Shown in pieces: positions 54,566 through 64,000 of a stretch of 64,000 bases of DNA (position 1 is the stretch's first letter; every line of letters starts with the position of its first letter). Under the pieces are notes generated by a model. That model was given only the letters and a program-made list of their open reading frames with translations. It ran no database searches and was not told the DNA's origin. Made by a program: the position numbers and the translations under genes. Source of the stretch: the human T2T-CHM13v2.0 reference genome, Homo sapiens. Location of the stretch: assembly GCF_009914755.1 (NCBI RefSeq), contig NC_060944.1. One strand, 5' to 3'.

Positions 54566-56514
54566 AAGTCTGTTGTATTTGATATATAAGTACAGCTACT
54601 CCTGCTCACTTTTGTTTTCTTATTGCTTGGAATTTTTTTTTTCATCCCTTTCCTTGCAGTTTATATGTGTCTTTACGTGTGAGATGAGTGTCTTGTAAGC
54701 AGAATATAGCTAGGTCGCTTTTTAAAAACTCCACTCAGCCAGTCTATATCTTTTAAGTAAAGTTTAATTTTTTACCTTTAAGGCCATTATTGAGATGTAA
54801 GAGATTATTTCTGTGATTTTATTAATTGACTTCTGGCTATTTTGTGTGTCATTTATTCCTTTCTTGTTTATCATTGTGACTGTGGTTTTCTGTAGTGGTA
54901 ACATTTGAGTCCTTTCCTTCCTCTTCCTTATTTGTGTATTTGCTTTATCAGTGGGTTTTATACTTCCATGCGTTTTCATGATGGTAGCTATCTTCCATTT
55001 GCTGTCAGGTGTAGAACTCCCTTAAGCATCATTTGTAGGACCAGTTTAGTGGTGATAGAATCCCTCAGCTATTGCTTGTTTGGGAAAAGTTTTATTTCTC
55101 CTTTGTATATGAAGGATTGTTTTGGAGAGGTTATTGCATCCTTAGCAGATTTTTTTCAGCACTTTAAATATATCATCCCATTCTCTTCTGACCTGTAAGG
55201 TTTCTGCTGAGAAATCTACTATTAATCTGGTGTGGGTTCCTCTACTTGGGACTAGACACTTTCCTCCTGACTGTTGTAGAATTTTCTCTTTGTCTTTGAC
55301 TTTAGTACGTTTCTCTATAGTGTGTCATGGAGAAGACCTTTTTACATTGTATCTATTTGGGGACCTCAAAGCCTCCTATATCTGGTTGTCTAAATCTCTT
55401 GCTAGACTTGTGAAGTTTTCAGCTATTATTTTGTTAGATAGGTTTTCTATCCCTTTCATTTTTTCTTTGCCTTCTGGGACACTGAAAACTTGAATATTTG
55501 GTTGCCTTGTGGTGTCCTATATGTCACATAGGCTTCGTTCATTCTTATTTCTTATTTTTGTCTCCATGAGTTATTTTTAAAAACCCGTCTTCAAGTTCTG
55601 AGATTGTTTCTTCTCCTTGATCTAGTCCATTGTTAAAGCTTTCAAATGTATTTTGTATTTCATTTAATGAATTCTCTGCGTCCAGAATTTGTTTGGTTCT
55701 TTTTTAAATGATATCCACCTCTTCAGTAAATTTATCATTCATGTCCTGAATTGTTCTCCTGATTTTTGTCTTGCTTTTATATATTATCTTGTATCTCACT
55801 GAGCTTCCTTAATATCGGTATTTTAAATTTTTTTCTGGAGTTTTATAAATTTCTTTTTTATTGGAATCCATTGCTGGAGAATTATTGCATTCCTTGGAAG
55901 GCATGATATTTCCTTGCTTTTTCAGGCTTCCTTTGTTTTTATGTTGATACCTGGGCATCTTGAGTAATAGTCATTTATTCTAATTTTTTGGATTTGCTTT
56001 CATAGGTGAGAACTTTTTCCTGGAGAGGTATCTATGGTGTTGGTTGGGTAGGGCACTTTGGCTTTGTATCTGGGTATATGCAGTAGTGCAGTTTCCACAT
56101 GATTTCTTTAGCTGTAAACAGTGTCAGTGGTGTCTGCTATTTCCTCAGTGGCTTAGGGTGTGGTTGTTAGTGGAGGCTGTGGTGAAATTTTTCTGGGTAC
56201 CGGGATGCCAGCTGGGCCAGTTCTTGGACCTTAGTGGCTGCAGTGGTGGGTCAAGCCTACTGCCCTCTCCTTGGGCCCTGGGGTGGTATATACTGGCACT
56301 GATGTCAGCAGGCCCAGGTGGGTTAATTCTTGGGCCTCCAGGTGGCCTCCTTCAGGGCTGGTAGTGGCAGTGACTGGCTGGGCATGATCTCTGGTTCTTG
56401 GGCAGAAGGTATGGCATGGGCAATATCAGTAGCAGTAATGGAACAAGGCTCTGATTCCCAAGCAGCCTGCACTGGTGTCGGCAATGGCTGGGCCACACCC
56501 CAGGCTGGCAAGGT

Positions 56515-56560
<46 letters not shown>

Positions 56561-57590
56561 CGTGTGGTAGTTGTAGTGATAGAGGCAGATTGGGTGGGCC
56601 TAACCTCAATCCCCTGGGAGGAGTGCTCAGGCGGCAATAGTGGTAGACAGGGCTGGGCAATTCCCAAGTCTCCGGATGTTGTTTTTGGGCACTGGAATGG
56701 TGAGGCCAGGTTGGCTGAACCTGTCCTCAGGTCCCCTTGTGGTACACGTAGGCACTTGCTGTGGTAGGCAGTAGTGAGGTGATAGGTAGGCAGGAACAAA
56801 ATGCTTCGGTGGGGGTGGTATTGTCTGCACTGCAACCCTGCTATGTGTGGTTGTTTTCAGTAGCAGCAGCCATAGGCAGGCAGCTGGGAAGTGCAAGCTT
56901 TGCTCACACTTTGGCCACAGCAGTAGTGGCTATAGGCAGGGGAGTCTGTTCTTAGGACATATGAAACCGTGTGGCAGCTTAGCTTAGGGACAGCAGAGTT
57001 GCTCCCAGTGGCTCCTGCTTCGGCCCTGGTGGCTATAGCCAGCCATAGCAGTTGGCTGTAGATGGCAGGTATCAGTGGAGCTCCAGGAATGTGGAGATGC
57101 CAGGGCTGTTGAGCCCCAGAGGGGGCTGCATTCTGGTGGGGAATGGCTCTGAAAATGGTGCCTTGCTCTATCTGCTTATGACTCAGAAGTGTGTGGGAGC
57201 CAGACTTGAGCTCCCTCTCTGGAGCAATGTAATCTTGTGGTTTCCAGGCAGCTCCCTGTGTTAGTCTTAGGGCCCATGAGGATTGAGGGCCTCTTCTGCA
57301 GTTAGGATCACAGGAGTCTACCTTGAGCATGTGGACCATTGGGGGTCCCTCATGTACCCTCTCCCACATTGGGGTCCTCTCCAGATTCCCAGCTGATCCT
57401 GGCTGAGCAGACTGCCTCACTTCCCTCTCCTTCCTTGCTTGAGGGGTTGCCTATCACTTCCCTGAATTCCAGCGTTCTCTTTTAGATGATCTATTTGAAG
57501 TGTGATTATGTACTTGCCATTTTGGCTCTATTTTTTGGAGGAGGCAAGTACCAGATGACTCTAGTAAGCCATCTTGAAGCCACCCACCCC
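54566..57590 (-). mobile_element. Old L1 5' portion (5' UTR, ORF1, start of ORF2), 3'-truncated
   Basis: Antisense ORF1 motifs ctgtaaggtttctgctgagaaatct, gtcttcaagttctgagatt and ccattgctggagaatt; GC-richer 5' UTR ending gccatcttg. Confidence 0.85.
56517..56557. repeat. (TG)20 microsatellite
   Basis: Uninterrupted TG run inside the L1 5' UTR. Confidence 0.97.
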
Positions 57591-58080
57591 TGCATCTTTT
57601 GTTGTTATTTTTTATTTTTCTCTTGCTATTTTGGTAGGGCTTCTTCTTCTTCTTTTTTTAAATAAATACTTGTTTTAAATTCACATTTTACTGATTTTTG
57701 TTTTTAATTTATTTACAAAATAAATGCTATACATTGTTCTCAAAACCAAGCTTTCGCTGCTTTCAGAAGTTTTGAGAGAACTCTAATGATTTTCATCTTT
57801 TCTGAATAGTATTTATTTGTAAATTTTAAGTAATAAAATCATTCATTGTAAAACTATATACAGTTGAAATTTTTGGTATATATAGATAAATATAAAAAAT
57901 AAAATCCCAATACTATAATATTTGTTATATGTAGATAAATATGAAACTAAGTATTGTTATTCCAACCCTCCCTGAGCTGTGACAACTATCATTGGCATTC
58001 TGATGTACTTCCTTCTAGTCTTTCTCCACAAAGGACAGGCTTTTTTGTTTTAAACAAAATTGTGATTCCATTATATGTAA

Positions 58081-58422
<342 letters not shown>

Positions 58423-59119
58423 CATCATAAGTATTTTCATGTATCATCATGTATTTTAGAAAATGGTATTATTGACTATATATCAGTTCATTGTGTGCAC
58501 ACATTTTATTTAATTAATTTGCTCTTTTCAGTTATTTAGTTTTCTTTTTTTGTTATTATAAATTTCATAGTAATATATGTCCTTATACATAAATCTGAGT
58601 ATGAATCTAGGATTATTTACTTAAAATGAATTTCCAGACACAAATTGTGGGGTTAAAGTGGGAGGAGCATTTTTAAAGCTTTTGATATATACCGCTAAAT
58701 TGTCTTATAGGAATGTATAAATTATGAAACAACCAGCTGTCCATGTGAGACCATGCATTTCCTTATCCAAATGAAGTTAAAGAAATTATTTGTCAGCTTT
58801 TTTGGTGGTATGTGGTAACTCCTTTTCCTGATTTGAATGTTTTTCTAGTACTAGTGACTTTTTACAGGTTTTTCTTATGTTTGTTGGTTGAGTTTTTTTT
58901 TTTAATGTCTATGCCTATCTTAGTATCTATGCCTATTTTAATTTTTTAATGTCTATGTACTTTCTTTTGGAGCATGTTGTATGATATTTTATAAATAAAA
59001 GGTGTTAACTCTGTCATTATAGTGTAAATATATTTCCCAATATGTTTTTAAATTTTCATTTATGATATATAGAAATTTTAACTTTTATATATTAAAAATA
59101 TCTATATTTAAATGACTTT

Positions 59120-59318
59120 GTCCAGGTGTAGTGACTCATGCCTGTAATCACAGAATTTTGAGAGGCTATGTCAAGAGGATTGCTTGAGGCCAGGAGTTCC
59201 TGGCCAGCCTGGACGACACAGTGAGACCCCTATCTCTAAAAAAGTTTTTTTTCAAACAATCCTGCCACCTCAGCTTCCTAAAGTGCTGGGATTACAGGCA
59301 TGAACCATTGAGCCCAGG
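59120..59318. mobile_element. FLAM (+, about 59120-59243) followed by a partial Alu left arm (-, about 59251-59318)
   Basis: gtgactcatgcctgtaatcacag... is followed by ...ctgggattacaggcatgaaccatt in the opposite orientation. Confidence 0.8.
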
Positions 59319-60359
59319 TTCTTTGTAATATCTTCCTCCACGTTTTTACGTATCAATCCTGCATTCAAACATTTACTCATTCTGAAACAAATTTTAGTAT
59401 ATGTTATAAGGTATTGATCCAAATTTTTACGTTTATAAATAGTTAACATCTCCAAACCATTTATTGATATTAATTTCACCTTCATCATATTGTAAATTAT
59501 AGTTTTGATTTTCCTTTTTGACAATGAATTATCTAAGAGGATACTTTAGAATTTTCAAACTTAATAAAAAACTTTTGCATTCAAAGACTGTATTGTCTGT
59601 AATTTCTATATTTTGTTACTTTTTGAGTGTCTATTATAATCAAATATAATAGACTGAACTTAAGTTTAGTCAATGTTCAATATAGTTTTACAATGAAGGT
59701 TTATACTGCAGCTACGTGGGATAAAGATATACAATGATTCATTTAATTCTATTTATTTTGTTGTTTAACTTATCTGTGATAATAATTCTAATACTTATTT
59801 TTTAAATGGTTAAGTTTAACAAACTTTAAATAATTACTTGGTAAGATTTTCATTTGGGGATAATGTCCAAGGTTCTTGCTAGTCTAATGTACCTTAGTAG
59901 CACTTTGTTCATTTTCATGGTGTCCACAAATTAAACTATAGTAAAATGTGTGTAGTTATTGACTTACTGTGAATTCTATGGGGGTAAAGTTGATGCCTTC
60001 CTGAACCTATTCTGGCACAGGATTCATAGACAATAAACACTTTTAAAATGCAGTTGAATTTCACCCAAGTTAAATCCAATGCAAACCTGCAAGGAGAAAT
60101 TCCTAAAGAGAGTAAATCCTAGAAATAGTAAAGAAAATCATTGTGTCCTCAATGCCAGACTTATGGTAATTGAGTAGAAAGTGACAGGCTTTCAAATAGG
60201 ATTCTAATGACTGTTTATCTCTGCAAAGATTTACAAGATACTGTCTACTCCCATAAAGTTGTCCCCTGAAGAACTCAACCTTGACAGTGGATTGAATTTG
60301 GTGGCCCTGGGATATGGGATTTCTATTTCTAGAAAAACAGACACTCATCAAGTAAACTA

Positions 60360-62747
60360 CAGGTATACCTTGGAGATACTGCAGGTTTGGTTCCAGGTCA
60401 CCACAATAAAGTTAATATTGCAATAAAGTGAGTGACACAAATTTTTTGGTTTCCAAGTATACATGAAAATTACATTTACACTCTACTGTAGTCTATCCAG
60501 TGTGCAATAGCATGATGTCTAAAAAATACATACCTTAATAAAAAATACATACCTTAATAAAAAATACTTTATTGCTAAAAGAATGCTAACAATTATCCAG
60601 TCATACTCTTTGTGTTGGTAGAGGGTCTTGCCTTGATGTTAATGGCTGCTGACTGATCGGGATTGTGGTTGCTGAAGGCTGGAGTGGCTGTGGCAATTTC
60701 TTAAAAAAAAGACAGCAATAAAGTTTGCTGCATCAATTGACTCTTTCTTTTACAAAAGATTTCTCTGTAGCATGTGATGTTGTTTGATAGCATTTTAATG
60801 ACTGCAAAACTTCTTTCAAAATTGGAGTCAGTTCTCTCAAATCCTGCCAGTGCCTTATCAACTAAATGTATGTAATATTCTAAATCCTTTGTTGTCATCT
60901 CAACAATATTCATAGAATCTTCACCGGGAGTATATTCCATCTTAAGAGAAGACTTTCTTTGCTCATCCATGAGAAGAAACTCCTTATCAAGGAAAGTTTT
61001 TTCATGAGATTGCAGCAATTCAGTCACACCTGAAGGCTCCACTTGTAATTCCAGTCCTGTTGCTATTTCTACCACATCTGCAATTACTTCCTTCACTGAA
61101 GTCTTGAACCCCTTGAAGTCATCTATAAAGGTTGGAGTCAACTTCTTCTAAACTCCTGTTAACATTGATATTTTGACCTCCTCCCATGAGTCATGAATGT
61201 TCTTAATGGCATCTAGAATGGTGAGTCTTTTTCAGAAGGTTTTCAATTTATTTTGCACAGATCTATCAAAAAAGTCATTATCTATGGCAGCTGTAACCTT
61301 AAAAATGTATTTCCTAGATAGTAAGACTTATAAATCAAAATTACTCCTTGATCCATGGGCTACAGAACGGATGCTGTGTTAGCAGACAGGAAAACAACAT
61401 TCAGCTCCTTGTAAGTCTCCATCAGAGCTCTTGGGTGACCAGATGCATTGTTACTGATTTTGAAACAAATCTTTTTATCTGACCAGTAAATCTCAACAGT
61501 GGGTTTAAAATTTTCAGTAAACCATGCTGTAAACAGATGTGCTATCATCTAGGCCTTGTTTCATTTTTAGCACACAGGCAGAGTAGATTGAGTATAATTC
61601 TTAAGGGCCCTAGACATTTCAGAATGGTAAATAAACATTGACTTCATCCTAAAGTCACCAGTTGCATTAACCCCTAAGAAGAGAGTCAGCCTGTTCTTTG
61701 AAACTTTGAAGCCAGGCCTTGGCTTCTCTCTAGCCATGAAAGTCCCAGATGGCATTTTCTTCAAGACAAGGAGTTTTCATCTCCATTCAAAGTCTGTTTA
61801 GTGTAGCCACCTTTATCAATTATCTTCACTAGGTCTTCTCAGTAACTTGCTGTAACTTCTGCATCAGCACTTGCTGCTTCACCTTGCACTTTTATGTTAT
61901 GGAGACAGCTTCTTTACTTAAGCCTCATGAGCCAAGCTCTGCTAGCTTCCAAGTTCTCTTCTGCAGTTTCTTCACTTCTCTCAGGCTTCCTAGAATTGAA
62001 GAGAGTAGAAGTCTTGCTCTGGATTAAGCTCTGGCTTAAGGAAATGTTGTAGCTGGTTTGATCTTTAATCCAGACCACTCAAACTTTCTCCATATCAGCA
62101 ATAAGGCTTTTTCACTTTGTTATCATTTGTATGTTCACTGGAATAGCACTTTTAATTCCTTCCTTCTTTTCCTTTACATTTACAACTTAGCTAACTGGTA
62201 TGACCGGCTTAACTTTTGACCTGTCTGGGCTTTTGGTATGTCTTCCTCACTACGCTTAATCATTTCTAGCTTTTGATTTCAAGTGAGAGACTTACAACTC
62301 TTCCTTCCACCCGATCACTTAGAGGCCATAGTTGTGTTATTTATTGGCCTAATTTCAGTATTGTTGTGCCTCAGAGAATAAAGAGGCCAGAACAGGAGAG
62401 AGATGGAGGAACAGCCTATTGGAGCAGTCAGAACACATACAACATTTATGAATTAAGTTTACTGTCTTCTATAGCTGTGGTTAGTGGTGCCCCAAAAGAA
62501 TTAAAATAATAACACCAACGCTCACTGATCACAGGTCACAATAAGAGATATAAAAGTAATGAAAAACTTTGAAATATTTTGAGAATTACCAAAATGTAAC
62601 ACAGAGACACAAAGTAGGCACATGCTGTTGGGAAAACAGCACTGATAGGCTTGCTGGATGCTGGGTTGTTAACAAACCTTCAATTTGTAAAAATGCAATA
62701 TCTGAAAAACATAATAAAGACAAATGCAATAAATTGAGGTGTGCCCG
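60360..62747 (-). mobile_element. Tigger1 DNA transposon, near full length (about 2.39 kb), transposase decayed
   Basis: Ends ta|caggtataccttggagata and aataaattgaggtgtgcccg; minus-strand ORF pieces match the Tigger1/TIGD1-type pogo transposase ([31 protein letters not shown]; [28 protein letters not shown]). Confidence 0.95.
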
Positions 62748-63599
62748 TCTAGTTTGTATAGTATAGAAGATATTGAAATAATCTTCCCAGAAAATCATAT
62801 ATCAATCCAGAAGAGCCAAGAGCCTCCTCTACTCCAGACCATCAAGATTCTGCCAATGTTCTCTGCTAGCTAAGCCCTCATGGGACTTAAAAGATTCGCT
62901 TTTGCTCCATGATAAATTTCAGCATAGGAGTTTTAAACTTACATTGGTAACTGCATATCCAGCCTCAGCCTTTCTAGATAAGCAGCTATTCTCCTCTGAG
63001 ATTTTCCCGTGATGCTCTCAGTGGGACCTACCAACTAGCCCTGCTTTTCTCAGTCTGGGAGTCCTTCCTCTTCCACTCCTTTTGCCTCTCTTCTTTGAGA
63101 AACTCTCTTCTTTCTTTTTCCCTGGGTACTTAACATCTAACATTATTTCCTCAAGAGTTTGGGTTTTACAGGGTTAATTTAACACAAATGAATATCTCAA
63201 TGAATTACCTTATTAAAAGTGCTAGACTCTCATTCTCTCTCTCTAGAAATAAGCTATTTTTTTTTTCAGGGCCTATGTGTGCAACTAAGTGAGATCCTGC
63301 TTTGATACCCCAAGGCAGAGTCAGAGCAAGCCTGGCTGAGGCTGTGGTGGCCCTTCTGACCAAATTCAGAGTCAGACTGTTTGCTCTATGGAAGTCTCTT
63401 GCCTCTCCCTTCCAGACCTTCCTCTCTTCATTTCTTGCCTAGGTGTGTTAGACCCTTTCCTGCTTTCTTGAATTTTGCTTCACTCTTTTTCCCTCCCTCT
63501 GTCTCATGAACCCCAGAAGGAATGAAATTGTGGTCCATGTATGAATTCAATGGGCAGACATATTTGTTTGGTTTCCACTGCGGGGAAAACTGTACAGTG

Positions 63600-63735
63600 T
63601 GCATCTCATTTGAACTCGTGGTCAATATTTAACATTTGGAAATTTCACATAAGAATCCCTATTTCCAACTTCTCTGAAAATTTGAAAGATCTGGCCACAC
63701 TGGGCCCACATTTGTGGCAAACAATGAGTTGGAGT
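63600..63735. mobile_element. MER102-like (hAT-Charlie) fragment
   Basis: tttcacataagaatcc...ttctctgaaaatttgaaagatctggccacactgggccc. Confidence 0.6.
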
Positions 63736-63741
63736 CCTTAT

Positions 63742-64000
63742 AAAATTATGCTGAGTGAAAGAAACAAGTTACAAAAGACCAGGTATTGTATGATTTCATG
63801 TATATGAAATATCCAGAATAGGCAAATCTGTAGAGGTGATGGATTAGTGGTTTCCCAGGGCTGGGCATTTGGAGGGAAATGGGGAGTGACTGCTAAAGGG
63901 CACACGGGATTTCTTTTGGGGAATAAGAATGTTCTAAAAGCGATTGTGATAATGGTTACACAAATCTGTCACTATACTAAAAATAATGGAATTGCACATA
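63742..64000 (+). mobile_element. L1MB/ME 3' UTR fragment, runs off the window
   Basis: attatgctgagtgaaagaa...gtatgatttcat...atatccagaataggcaaatct...gattagtggtttcccagggctggg. Confidence 0.85.

Noticed and set aside
56044-57420. Several long overlapping ORFs of 102-187 aa
   Set aside because: They lie in a GC-richer L1 5' UTR and cross a TG repeat (VC/HT runs), so stops are scarce by composition.
60701-61764. TIGD1-like ORFs as a domesticated gene
   Set aside because: Multiple frameshifts and stops inside an ordinary Tigger1 copy.

Overview
Primate, probably human, non-coding genomic DNA. It is AT-rich and CpG-depleted, has no CpG island, and contains AluY, AluS and AluJ copies. I see no recognisable protein-coding gene, RNA gene, CRISPR array or prokaryotic feature. 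The listed ORFs are either chance ORFs or fragments of Alu, L1, L2 and Tigger1. A large part of the window is transposable-element relics: about a dozen Alu or Alu-monomer copies, several old L1M pieces including a 5'-inverted L1MA with a target-site duplication (TSD), a near full-length Tigger1, MER1A, MER47, MER5, MER20 and MER102 DNA transposons, solo LTRs, and MIR/L2. Subfamily names come from memory of consensus sequences and need RepeatMasker/Dfam confirmation. I found no new gene system. The most unusual signal is a recurring set of locally templated copy events: a circularly permuted, inverted copy of L1 sequence inserted 3.5 kb away with a 9-bp duplication; 29-, 51- and 58-bp copies 1.4-2.8 kb apart; a 134-bp inverted repeat around a 578-bp spacer; and a near-perfect 231-bp tandem duplication. 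There is also a pre-miRNA-like hairpin, two plus-strand exon candidates and several enhancer-like unique regions.
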